A stretch of 63,765 nucleotides of DNA, filler included, from Octopus bimaculoides (lineage: Eukaryota): assembly GCF_001194135.2 (NCBI RefSeq). It is 5 parts of 5 records of this genome, joined end to end, with 100 filler letters (N's around TTAATTAATTAA, not from the genome) between each part and the next. Parts side by side here need not be neighbours in the genome. Positions count along the whole stretch, not along the records: positions 1 to 23,742 come from NC_068982.1; positions 23,843 to 42,619 come from NC_068986.1; 3 more parts are not named here. One strand, written 5' to 3'. How positions within the stretch are numbered: the first letter of the stretch is position 1; each line of letters begins with the position of its first letter. The notes beneath the pieces are model-generated. The model ran no database searches. It saw only the letters and a list, made by a program, of their open reading frames with translations, and was not told the DNA's origin. A program made the position numbers and the translations under genes. Of this stretch, positions 11,568 through 24,188 are shown piece after piece.

Positions 11568-11970
11568 TACTCTTTACTCTTTTACTTGTTTCAATCATTT
11601 GACTGTGGCCATGCTTGAGCACCACCTTTAGTCGAGCAAATCGATTCCAGGACTTATTCTTTGGAAGCCTAGTACTTATTCTATCAATCTATTTTGCCGA
11701 ACTGCTAAGTTACGGGGGGACATAAACACACCAGCATTGGCTGTCAAGCGATGTTGGGGGAACAAACACAGACATAGAAACATATACACACACATACATA
11801 TATATACGACAGGCTTCTTTCAGTTTCCGTCTACCAAATCCACTCACAAGGCTTTGGTCGGCCCGAGGCTATAGTAGAAGACACTTCCCCAAGGTGCCAC
11901 GCAGTGGGACTGAATCCGGAACCATGTGGATGGTAAGCAAGCTACTTACCACACAGCCACTCCTGCACCT
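11568..11970 (-). mobile_element. tRNA-derived SINE family A, full length (others: 12962-13240-, 24965-25262-, 26393-26795-, 27008-27175+, 47414-47580+, 54701-54836-, 58480-58828+, 62885-62965-, 63481-63590+)
   Basis: Head AGG(T/C)GCAGGAGTGGCTGTGTGG with A/B boxes, conserved CCTTGGGCAAG central domain and AAGAGTA tail; about 10 similar copies. Confidence 0.9.
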
Positions 11971-13457
11971 ACGGTTAATTTTACAAACTATTTCTGTTTT
12001 TTGTTTAGAATACGTTTACTTTATGTTGTATTATAAAGAAATTTCCAAGCTGGTATTCTTCTAAATATCATCTGAGATGTCAGAATACTGACAACTGATT
12101 TGATCCAATCTGTCTAACTGACAAAACCTGTTCCAGTGCTACATTATGAATGAGTGATTAGCAACACAAAAGTGCATTATCATTTAGCATCTGTTTTCCA
12201 TGCCGGCATAGGTTAAACAGTCTGACTGGAACTGGCAAGCCGGAGAGCTGTCCCAGGCCCCAGTCTGATTTTAGCTTGGTTTCTACAGCTGAATGCCCTT
12301 CCTGATGCCAACCTCTCCAAGTGTGCAGTGGGTACCTTTTACATGTCACTAGCACAGGTGCCTTTTACATGTCACTGGCACTGTCCATGACTAGAATTTC
12401 ACTTGGCCTGACAAATCTTCTCAAGCACAGCAAACTGCCAACATCTGTGAGACCTACCATCTGAAGATCATGCTTCACCACCTCGTTCTATGTCTTCCTG
12501 GGTCTACCTCTTCCACAGGTTCCCTCAACAGTTAGAGGTTGGCACTTCTTTATGCAGCTGTCCTTGTCTGTAAGCATCATATCTGTAAGCATAGTCTTCT
12601 TTCTCGCACATCACATCTGATGCCCAATTATTCTCTCAAGATGCTTACATTCTGTCGTACACACACACTGACATTGCAAAAAGGGGGCACCCAATCCAAC
12701 TATAAATTTAATCCCTTCAACAGTATGTAAATGTTGAAGCAATTGGTTTTACAACTGAATGCTCTTGATTTTACAATTCCATTCACATAAGCATGGAAAA
12801 TACAAGTCACTGCCATCAGCCATGGTAATAACATCTCCATCAGTGACATTGGTATCATCAACATTTTGTGCCCTTTCTTCCATGCAGACATGAGTTAGAT
12901 TGAATAATAAGTTATTTCAGTGTGTGTGTGTGTGTGTGTGTTTTGTGTGTGTGTGTGTTTATATACTCTTTTACTTGTTTCAGTCATTTGATTGCGGCCA
13001 TGCTGGAGCACCAACTTTAGTCGAGCAAATCGACCCCGGGACCTATTCTTTGCAAGCCTAGTACTTATTCTATCGGTCTCTTTTGCCGAACCGCTAAGTG
13101 ATGGGGACATAAACACACCAGCATCGGTTGTCAAGCAATGCTAGGGGGACAAACACAGACACACAAACACACACATATATATATATATATATACATATAT
13201 ACGACGGGCTTCTTTCAGTTTCCGTCTACCAAATCCACATACACATTCACACGAGTGAGTGGACAAATGACAGAAAGCAACACTAAACACACTTGAGAAG
13301 AGTTTAACTCTGCTTCATAAGACTTAAGATTTTGTTGGAGCCTAACAAGAACCCATCTCATCAGCTATCAAGAGATAGCTGATGAGATGGGTTCATCCAA
13401 TATGCCCATGAAATTCTAAGCCATATGAACTGAGTCAAACAGTTATTAAAATATATA

Positions 13458-14340
13458 CAGGGGGGCAATGGGTAAATTGTTGCCATTTTATATTTTTAAT
13501 TTCATGCATGCGCATTGCTTGTTTTTTATATTGTCAACTACACAGTATAGCAGGATCAGTTGGGCACTGTCTATGAGAAAACCAGCACTATGATGCAATT
13601 CACTCTGCCAGAAATTAGAAAATGACATGCTATACTGCTTGGTATTTGTGCCAGAAGCTCCAATATGAACAGATGGTGAACATACAGAACAACCGTTGGC
13701 TTGCGATGTCCCCAAAACATGTACCTAAAAGTGATAAAAATCAAACATCCAATCAACATCATGGTGTTTGGAGTGATAACTAGTGATGGCGACATTATAC
13801 CTTCATTCATCTTCCCACACAGCCTCACACTCAACACGGAGGCCTACATCAAGTGCCTGGAGGAAGCAGTGCTGCCCTGGGTCAAGAGGGTGGCTACTAG
13901 AAGACCCTATGTCTGGCAACAGGACTCTGCAACCATACCATACAAGCAGGAGAACCCAGTCATAGCTGTCAGACAACTTCTTCAACCACATTACCCCTAA
14001 CATTTGGGCCCCCCGCCAACTCCCTAGACTGCAACCCCCTTGATTACTATGTGTGGGGCACAGTTGAGCGAGAGACCAACAAAACTCCTTGTAACACTAC
14101 AGATGAACTGAAGGCAAGGATTATGGCAGCATTGACTAACTTAAACAAGACCATCCAGAAGAGTTGCAGGTGAGTCGTCTGGAGGTTGTGGTTGAAGCCA
14201 ATGATGATTTTATTGAATAAATTTACTCTTTAGTATTTTAAGATATTTTTATGTAATTTTGGTAAATATATCTGTTAAAATGAGAAGTCAGTGTCATTTT
14301 CACTTTTGCATAATATAGACAATATATTCACCACACCCTG
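13458..14340 (+). mobile_element. maT (DD37D) Tc1/mariner transposon, internally deleted
   Basis: TA-CAGGG...CCCTG-TA ends with imperfect TIRs; VMVFGVITSDG..VWQQDSA..NS(P)DCNPLDYYVWG; about 37-residue D-D spacing after frameshift repair. Confidence 0.88.
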
Positions 14341-15082
14341 TATATATACTAGAAAGAAAGAAAGATATCCATATAAAAGTCAACTATACTGTCTTCAAAG
14401 GGAGAATTAAAGATAGTAATTCTTCAACAATGGAACTGGTAACTACTAATATCCTTTATTAATGATATTCTGTAGCTAATACAAAGAAATTGCAGCAGCA
14501 GCGGCAGCAGCAACAAAAGTGGCACTAATAACAGATATAGTAAAACAAATAATTATTGATGTAAATTTGAAAAGTGGAAATTTTTATTTTTTGTAGTAAT
14601 TAAATAAGTAGATAGAAATAAAAATATATAAATAATGTAATAGACATTATTTATATGTGATAGACAGTAAATAATAATAAAAATGATGATATTCCTATCT
14701 ACTATAGGCACCAAGCTTGAAATTTGTCAGGAGAGGGTTAGTTGATTACATCAACTCCGGTGCTTAACAGGTTTTTATTTCGCTGACCTCAAAAGGATGA
14801 AAGGCAAAGTCATCTTGACAGAATTTGAACTCAGAAGGTAAAGACATGAAATACCATTAAGCATTTTGTCTGACATGCTAAAAAAGGGTAATAATAATAA
14901 CAAAGAAAAGAAGAAGAAGAAGCTGATGAGAAGAAAAGAAAAAAAGGGAAATGAAGATGAAGAAGAAAAGAGGTAAGGAGAACAGAGAGGTACAGAGAGA
15001 TAAAAATGAATAAATAATTGAAATAGCCCAGCCTCAGATCAAATTACTTGCCAGATTATAAATGAGAGAGTATGTGTATTAT

Positions 15083-15139
<57 letters not shown>

Positions 15140-15186
15140 NNNNNNNNNNNNNNNNNNNNNNNNNNNNNNNNNNNNNNNNNNNNNNN

Positions 15187-15244
<58 letters not shown>

Positions 15245-15249
<5 letters not shown>

Positions 15250-15665
15250 AGTACAGGTCATGTACAGGAGTGCTGTTAGTAAGGTAAGAGTTAGCCATAT
15301 GTACAGTTATGAATTTAGTGTACAGGCAGGTGTTCGCTAGGGCTCAATCCTCAGCCCCCTCCTATTAATCATTGTCTTCCAGACCATAACAGAGGAGTTA
15401 AGGACTGGAAGCCCATGAAAACTACTAAATACTGATGATCTGACCCTCATAGCAGAATCTATAACAGAATTAGAAAAGAAATTCTCAGTGAAGAAACAGA
15501 ACCTAGAATCAAAGGGCCTTAAAGTAAACTTAGCTAAGATCAAGGTCATAGTAAACAAAAAATTGGAAAGGACACTTCACCCTTCAGTAAATGGCCCTGC
15601 TCAATATGTAAGAAGGATGTAAGCAAAATTCCATTTGGTGTACAAAAAGTGCAGTGGAAAGGTTA
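15245..15665 (+). mobile_element. RTE LINE RT fragment, internally deleted
   Basis: MYRSAVSKVRV..GCPWKLLNTDDL-like..ESKGLKVNLAKIKV; same family as the 41 kb copy. Confidence 0.7.
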
Positions 15666-16371
15666 ACAGAGAGGTTAACACAGGAAATTGTATAAGCAAG
15701 AACTCGTCTGATTAAAGCTATGTACATTTTACATTTTTTTCATTATAACACGAACAGCAATAACAGATGTGAGCTAACAAGAAAGAGAATGAAAGGTATA
15801 GGAAAGAGGTAACACAAGAGCAGAGGGATGAAACACTACAATGAACACAAAGCAGCAGCAGAGAAACAGTGGAAGGAAACATGAAAGAAAACAGTATTTA
15901 CAAAAAAATGAGAGAAAAAGTTGAAGCAAACTAACTATTGTTTTAGTTGTCAACAACCAAGAAATTCTTACTTATTTCATCATCATCAGTTGTAGTAGTA
16001 GTGAGGTGGTAAGCTGGCAGAATTGTTAGCATACTGGACAAAATGCTTAGAGACATTTCTTCCAACTCATTACATTCTGAGTTCAAATTCCACTGAGGTA
16101 AACTGTTTCATCCTTTTGTGGTCAATAAAATAAGTACCACTTTGACTCTGGGGTTGGTGTAATTGACTTATCTCCAATCCCCAAATTGCAGGCCTTGTGC
16201 CAAAATTCGAAATCATCATTATTTTTGTTATTCTGCTGAGATCAACTTTACCTTTCTTCCTCTCAGGATCAATAAAATAAGTACCAGTTGAGCACTGGGG
16301 TCAATATAGTTGACTTATCCCCAATCCCAAAATTGCTGGCCTTGTGCCAAAATTTGAAATCATTATTACTA

Positions 16372-16900
16372 TTACCTCCACCTTAACAAAAGCAGAGGTA
16401 TTGTTTTCAGTTGAGTTTGTTTGTTTGTTTGTCTGTGGACAAGATATCTCAAGAACCACTGGATAGATTCAGATGAAACTTTCAGGGATGTTTGGCTTTG
16501 TGACTGGCATGAACTGATTAGATTTTGGGATCGATTCAGAACTGGATAAGGATTCTGGATTATTTGTTATATTTACTTTACCTGAAGTATTACAATCTTA
16601 CGCTTACTTTCAAGTCTTTCTCTGATTTTTCATTTGTTATATTTACTTTACATGAAGTATTACAATGTTATGTTCTTTGATTATCTCCCTTGAAAGCACA
16701 CTCATGGTTTCCACATAAGTTATGGCAGTGTTGCTGTTTCCAAAGTTTTATTTTCGTTTCTTTATTATTAATTTTACTCGCGTTTCTATCTTAGTAGAAA
16801 CTGATAGATAAAGAAATAAAACTACATAAACAAACAGCAGCAAAACCATTCAGAAATTAAATAACACTAACATATTCAGCAACAATGATAAATTTAATTT
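16372..16900 (+). mobile_element. Non-autonomous DNA element, DINE/Helentron-like (related pieces at 17420-17630 and 24195-24580)
   Basis: Shared ACCTCC..GAGGT end, (GTTT)n-GTCTGTGGAC tract and conserved body in three places. Confidence 0.5.
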
Positions 16901-17020
16901 ATCCTTGACAATTTTTAGTTTTATCAATTTTGAATATATCACTCCTGTTTAAAACCTCTTACCTACTTGACAACTGCATTTCTAGCTATGCATTGAAGGA
17001 AAATTTACTTCTTGGACTCA

Positions 17021-17380
17021 CATTTTTGTGTGCAATGATGTTAAACCTCCATCAACAGCACCATATGCAGGTTTTTTCCGTTTTCTTTCATGCATGGATA
17101 AATTTTCACTATAGATTTTAATGGTCGTAGAGACACTATATCAGTGGATAGACTAAAAATGGATTCACGTTTTTGTGTGCAATGATGTTGTTAAATCTTT
17201 GTTAACAGCACTGTATGCAGGTCCTTTCCATTTTCTTTCACTCATGGATAAATTTTTCACTATAGATTTTAACGGTCGTAGAGACACTATATCAGTGGAT
17301 AGACTAAAAAAGGCCTTCATAGAGAAAACTGTCCCTGTTCCCATTGCAGACAATACACACACAGCATTACAAATACGGCT
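17021..17380 (+). mobile_element. Ty3/Gypsy integrase C-terminal (GPY/F) fragment, tandemly duplicated
   Basis: HIFVCNDVVK..LYAGPF..DKFFTIDFNGRRDTISVDRLKKA; an about 140-bp segment is present twice. Confidence 0.65.
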
Positions 17381-17779
17381 CACACACCCACCTTCACATT
17401 CCTTGACTACCATTTGGATCGATCTGGTACCAGATAAAGATTCAGGATTGTTTTTCCAGTTTTTTCCCTTAATTTTTGAGAGTAGTCGGGTTCATTTTTA
17501 GTATTCTTGTTTGTGAGAGCAGTCGAGTTTATTTCAAATATTCTCATTCTAAAAATCATCTCCGGCTGATCGTTGAGAGGACGTTGGTGTTGCCTTGGCA
17601 GAGGTCTGCGCTCTCTGAGTGCTCTTATTATTATTATCATTATTATGATTACTAACGCAGCAAGCTGGCAGAACTGGCATTTCATCCACCTTTACATTCA
17701 TCATCATCATCCAGTGTTTTAAATCTGGGTTTTGTCCCCATTAATGGGGGTGGCCAGATCTATCTCAGTGCCATAGTAA

Positions 17780-18430
17780 CTGCCCTCACACCATCTCACC
17801 ATTTTTTGGGGCATCCTTCCTTCCCAATCTCCTCCTCCACCTGTCCCCTCATTTTTCTCGGTCCATTTACCTCAAACTCAAGCACCCTCCCCAGAATAAG
17901 TTCCTCATCTCTCCTCAACACATACCCATACCACCGCACTCCATTCGTCCTTGCCAGTCATTCCACCAATTCCTCCAACCCCAGCATCCCATCAAGTCCT
18001 CAGTCCTCCTCTTATCAAACAGTTTCACTCCACACATTTCTCTCACCATTACTCTCTCAGTCCTTCTCAAAATTCACATCTCTCTCTCCCTCAGAGACCA
18101 TGTCTCACTCCCATACAGCATTGCAGCTCTCACGCAATTCCTATAGACCCTTCCTTTCATCTTCAATGAGAACCTTTTCCCATATAACAATGCTCTACAT
18201 TCCCTGAACTTCACCCAGCCAAGTCTTGCTCTTGCTGTCATAGCTGCTTCACATTCACCCTATCTCCCAAATAACAAAATCCTCTCACCATTTCCACCTT
18301 TGTCACATAACATTTCCACTGGTTCTGCCAGCCCTCCAGCTCCATTCTCCCATCTTCCACAAACAAACTTTCTTGCCAGTCTTGGGGTCACCTTCTTCAT
18401 TTTCGTACATCTACCATGAATCCATTTCTC
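17780..18430 (-). mobile_element. RTE LINE C-terminal fragment
   Basis: KWIHGRCTKMKKVTPRLARKFVCGR..FCYLGDRVN; 3' RT-tail sequence. Confidence 0.65.
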
Positions 18431-18994
18431 NNNNNNNNNNNNNNNNNNNNNNNNNNNNNNNNNNNNNNNNNNNNNNNNNNNNNNNNNNNNNNNNNNNNNN
18501 NNNNNNNNNNNNNNNNNNNNNNNNNNNNNNNNNNNNNNNNNNNNNNNNNNNNNNNNNNNNNNNNNNNNNNNNNNNNNNNAGGGGTCAATAAAATAAGTAC
18601 CAGTCACGTGCTAGGGTGATGTAATCAACTTCCCCTTCCCCTGAAAAGCTGCTGGCCAAGTGCCAAAATTTGAAACCATTATCATTGAGAGCTGACAGAA
18701 TTGTTAGAACACTGGACAAAATGCTTAGCGGCATTTCGTCTTCACGTTTTGAATTCAAATTTTGCCAAGGTCAACTTTACCTTTCATCCTTTTCAGGTCG
18801 ATAAAATAAGTACCTGTTAAACACTGTGGTCAATGTAATCAACTCATCCTCTCCCCCAAAATTGCTGCCCTTGTGGCAAAATTTGAAACCATTATCATTA
18901 TTATTATAAACATTGTTCATTGTCATGTGCAAAAATATTTGACGCTACAGCTTAAAATGGATGCATGAAAAACAAGTAAATAAATAAAACTCAC

Positions 18995-19050
18995 CAAACA
19001 TTCTTTTCACTGCCATAGTATTTCTTGGCTAATGAAAGTTTAGTTGACAT
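18995..19050 (-). CDS. KYAT1/3: Kynurenine--oxoglutarate transaminase (KYAT1/3, CCBL family), first coding exon MSTKLSLAKKYYGSEKNV(W)
   Basis: ATG at 19050-19048, preceded by AAAA and a cag acceptor (19057-19055); gtgagt donor after 18995; the phase-2 end TG joins the G of the next exon to give the conserved Trp of N-x-W-V-E. Confidence 0.85.
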
Positions 19051-20566
19051 TTTTCTGTATGATATTCCTTAAAAGGAAAATAATTGTATTAAACATAGAG
19101 ATAAAAATACCATTATATTAGAAAAACACATTTCATAGACAAATACATTTCATTACTTTTCAATGGTGTACCTTAATTTTAGCTAAAATTTTGATAAATG
19201 AACTAAGGTGTTTTGAAGCTGTTTCAATACAGCAGAATGCACTTAGAACTTTCAAATCAACAAGATGGCAAGAAAACAAGTAGTGTATCTCTAGTCAACT
19301 GACAGTAGCAAATATTCATTCAACACTTTCTATACCATAGCTCTGTTTTATGATAGAATTCACTGAAGCTACACAGTAACAATATCTTAATTTGGTTTCA
19401 AATTATCTTTAAACTAGTTTTTTGCCTAAAATACAAGCCATTAGAAAACAGTAAACAAGTATATTTAAATAGTGGAACAAATCCTTTTCTAAACACAATA
19501 ACTTTGGTGATAGAAACTGTTTTTTATGATTCACTACATTCTTTGAGTAGAAATATGATTCTGAACCCTAGTTTTGATTTCACACAGAAGCCATTTCATT
19601 TCACTTCAAACCCTTTCTGGAATGTATGAACAGCACAAATTTATATTCCCATCCACCCCACACAAAAGGAAAAGAAAACTGAAACGATATGAAAAACATT
19701 TCAGTTGACAGAAAACTCACTTGTCTTGAAATACTTCAGAATTTCAATGAAAATATTTAAAATTCAGTAACTTTGATACATCTTTTAGAAACAACAATAA
19801 AAAATATAGCTGAATTTGTTATCTGTCTACAGAAGTTCACTTCAAATCTTTGACCACTTTTGATTTTAATATTTGTCATTAGCCAGATTTTATGAGAATA
19901 CTTATAATTACTCTTTATTACAAAATTGAGGATTTTTTTTTTTGTTAATTTATAATAATTCTTTATTAATTATTACAGGTCATAGTGGCTATTAACTAAA
20001 ATTCAGCTGCCTGGTGTCTAATTAAGAATATAATTTTAATTAATTTTTGTAAATCATTTTGCATAAAAACTAAATATTCAGGATATCAGAATATATCTTC
20101 TATTTTAATTCTTTAGCATTCAGATTAATCAATCAAATATGAGATTTATTTATTCACAATGTTTTGAATAAATCATACCTTATCTTGTAGCTTTGAGATT
20201 TTGATGATTATTTTCAGAATAACATACTGGGGTAGGTGTGAGTGACTGAGTCTGGTCATTTGAACAAAAAACAAGAGAGAATATTTAGGCTGGATATAAC
20301 CAGTTGAAATGCTAAAGGGTTAAGAGATATATAAGGAATGGTCTTTGGGATATGTCTTTTAGATGTTGACAAAACAGTTCCAATATAGAATTTATATATA
20401 GAAATCAAAGTCTATGGAATATGGAAGAGATATAGTAGCTTTAAATAACCCTGATACTTAACAGATACTCTTTTACTGACTGAATGTGATTTGAACTCAG
20501 AAAATAAAGACATATAACAAAATACCAATATATAACTATATGTAATATATATTATTTATATATAAT

Positions 20567-21110
20567 ACTAGCAGTCACCCAGCCTTCACACCTGTCTGGA
20601 CTGTACTCAAATGTATTCATAAGGCATCTATCATAATGCCCATGTGTCTGATCACAATTAAAGGCTGTTAGTTGCTACTCTTCACAAGGGAAAAGGTCTA
20701 AATTCCAACCCGATTAATTATTACTCTGATGTTTCCAGTTCCCTGGAGCAGGCATTTCTGGCTGCACTACTTTGAAGTTGTTCTGTTAACACCTGTTCTC
20801 TTATGAGGGCTTTTCTACCACCTTGAGACTCCAACTTACATAATTTTTCCTCTGGTGTCTTGAGTTTCCTCAAGTAGGTGTGTCTACTGGCTTGAGACTT
20901 CAATCTCCATTTCTGCTCTGTGTTTTTTGTTCCCTCAAGCAAGCTAGCTTGGTTATTTCAAACTGAATTTTCACTTCTCATTGCTTTTATGTCTCCATGA
21001 CATTTTGTTGTCACTGCGACTGGAGTCTGTCCTGTGTTCCTTCTTGTATTTCCCTAGCCCTACTTCTGGAGCATCCGGCTTCTCTACTGTACTAAGATAA
21101 TACTTTCACT
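20567..21110 (-). mobile_element. Degenerate Helitron-derived element
   Basis: ACTAG (CTAGT on minus) terminus at about 20567; ORF with ET.E-type repeats resembling the Helitron N-terminus. Confidence 0.45.
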
Positions 21111-22756
21111 ATGTATATGTACATTAGTTTCATTTTTATTAGTTTCACTATGTATTTATATACATTTTTGAGTATATAATAGTGTACAAACAATTTACAT
21201 ATTTATACATGAAAGATGTGACATTTAGCAGAACACCATACATGCTAGAGAGGGAATTTAAAGCACAAACCACAAATAAGAGCAATTTCAAAAGGAACGA
21301 AAATAAAAAATATTTTTGTAGTTACCCTAATTTTTTATTTTTTTAATTTTCATTCCCTTTCAAATTGCTAATATTTGCAGTTTGGGCTTTAACTGCCCTT
21401 TCAAGCATGTAAAGTGTCCTCTTAAACATCACCTAATTTGTGTATAAATACGTAAATGGTTTCTAAACAATTATATATAAAAATATTTTGTCTATTGAAA
21501 TTATAACGCATGCTAGACACTGCTATGAAAATTTTTTCTATATTTTCTAACATTACTGTTTTCACAGTATATATATATATATAAATAAATAATATTAGGG
21601 ATAAAAATCCAAATTTACAGGTAAAAACTCAATTAAATTCAATTTATCAAAAATTAAAATTAAATTAAGTTTCACAGTATAAAATACATAAATATATAAT
21701 TTTAGAGAAAAGAACCAAAGTTCATGAACTCATCCATGAAAATCCACAGTCACATATAGAAAAATTAATAAGTAAATGCACGATAAGTATAATATAATAC
21801 AAAGTAAAAATCATAAGATAATGATAATAAAACGACATGTTTTTCATAACCAAGTTTTCAAATAGAAAATAAAATATATTCAAATAGATTAAATCAATCG
21901 AAAATCAATTCTATTCAAAAAATATAGCTAATCTTCAGGTCAAAATACAACAATAATAATAATAAAAGAATGTAAATATCAACCAACAATAAATAACAAA
22001 TGAATGTATATAAAAATACTTATTATACTAAGATAGAAAAACGTTAAACAATATTATTAAAAATATCAAAAATTATAAACGTGCCATAATTAACTTTACG
22101 TTTATTATGATATAAACTAACAGAAATATTACATGCAAATCTTATCTTAACAAATCTTTCGTTTAAAATACAATTTAAATGAAGTTTTAGGTAAAATTAA
22201 AATTATAAATGTAAAATATAAACTAACAAAAAATTAATATATAAATTAATATATAAAAGCAATTATATCACCATTAAATAAAGGAAAAAACATTTAACAA
22301 AATTATTGAAAAGAAATATAAAATTTATCTAATCGAATCTTTAGTTTAAATAAAATTATAAATGTTGTACTATTGACATAACCTTAATTAGAATATAAAC
22401 TAATAATCAAAGAAATTATATAAAAAAAACTACTTATTTATCCCATAAATCAAAAAGAAATATTAAACAGTATTATTGGAAAAAAATTCAACCCTAATCT
22501 AATCGAAGTTTTGGTTTAAACTAAGATGATAAACTCAATACTATTAACTTAGTGTCAAATAAGGTATCGACTAACATTAAATATCAATTGAATTAATATA
22601 AAAATGCATATTTTTTCAAACAATGATAGAAAATCATTTAACAATATTAATAAAGANNNNNNNNNNNNNNNNNNNNNNNNNNNNNNNNNNNNNNNNNNNN
22701 NNNNNNNNNNNNNNNNNNNNNNNNNNNNNNNNNNNNNNNNNNNNNNNNNNNNNNNN

Positions 22757-23620
22757 ATGGTGTGAGAGATGCAGGAGAAACAATTAGTGGATATATTAAT
22801 GCATATCGTGGTATAAGAATAACATTAGGTTAGTCTTACATTTTAGTTGAAGTTGTGTTAGTCTTTCTGGAAGGGGAGGTAGGGTGGGTGCTATTTAAGC
22901 TCATAGTTCCAATCTTAATCAGACGCATTCCACGTGTTGTTTTTAGAATTGAGGTGTGTGTCTTTTATTTTTAGCACTGGCGGTGTTAGTAAAGGGGAGT
23001 AATTCTAAGTTTTGGTGAAGAGGGAGCTAACTCTGATCTTATTAATATTTAATTATAATTAATTATACTTAGAAAAGGAAAATTCTTTTTTACATATTAA
23101 ATTATACTTAGAATGTATTACATATTCAATTATACTTAGAAAATGAGTATTTAGTAGCGTGTAGACAAATTCGGCTACGTTCATATCTTTTGTTTAAGAG
23201 ATCATTACTAGCCGTTAGGATTTTGAGGCGTTCAGTTAGACAGAGGTCACAGCATCTGTTAGTTGGGTTATAAGAATTAGCTGCTTTTAGTATGTGCCAC
23301 TTTAGTTTATATTCTATCTTATTGTCCTTTAGTTCCCAGATATAGCTACTAAGTCCTGTTGAATTTGCCTTTTTTCTATTTATAAAGCTAGATTGGTGCT
23401 CATTATATCTGAGGCGTGTTTGGTTTTTCGTAGCGCCAATGTAAGATCTAATATGGCTGTTTGTGTGTATGTCGCAATAAATTACCTGCCTCTGGATACC
23501 TTCAAACGAAGACGGTACCCACACAAGTAATTCCCAGGAGTACCTCCAGATTTAAATATCCCCTGGTTGCTTGGATACTTCAGACTACCCCTGAAATATT
23601 GAAACAATCCAATCATTTAC
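22757..23620 (-). mobile_element. Penelope-like retroelement 3' fragment with GIY-YIG endonuclease
   Basis: ORF 23126-23524: VIY..YIG..RYNEH..S..T.LS.YIW.LK..W.I..CDLCLTE, the typical C-terminus of a PLE GIY-YIG; flanked by gaps. Confidence 0.85.
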
Positions 23621-23680
23621 CTATATACATATATATACATATATATATAAATACATATATATATATACACATATATATAT

Positions 23681-23730
<50 letters not shown>

Positions 23731-23861
23731 GTATACATATATNNNNNNNNNNNNNNNNNNNNNNNNNNNNNNNNNNNNNNNNNNNNTTAATTAATTAANN
23801 NNNNNNNNNNNNNNNNNNNNNNNNNNNNNNNNNNNNNNNNNNATACATCTCTCTCTCTCTC

Positions 23862-24188
23862 TGTGAAAGTATCTGTCACTACAGTATCGAAATGTGATTG
23901 TTTCAGTTAGTGGAATAGTTTCATTTTTAAAGTGAAAGTATTTGACATGAGTGTTTTTGTTTCACTTTTGACACGTAATACTTAAATAGTGGAGGAGATA
24001 TTATGTTGCCTTGTGCTCGAACTCTGCAAAAAGTTAATAATTTTTTTTGACTAAAACACAACTGGAACCCTAAGTAAGGCATGTGTAAAATTTGAATGAA
24101 ATTGGTTGCGTAGTTCTCGAGTTTTAGGGATTCACACAGACAGACAGACAGACAGACAAACACACATTCTCATTTTTATATATATAGA
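23862..24188 (-). mobile_element. Non-autonomous Helitron-like element (second copy at 41572-41746)
   Basis: 5' TCTATATATATAAAA terminus followed by a (GTCT)n tract, as in Lep1-type Helitrons; shared sequence at 41.6 kb. Confidence 0.65.

Noticed and set aside
13379-13430. CUGAUGA..AUGGG/CCCAU..GAAA resembling a hammerhead
   Set aside because: Extra G before helix II and no valid helix I or III; explained by the perfect hairpin.
23788-23798. TTAATTAATTAA islands inside N runs (also about 42664, 61106 and 62547)
   Set aside because: Identical six-frame-stop spacer in the middle of gaps; an assembly linker, not biology.
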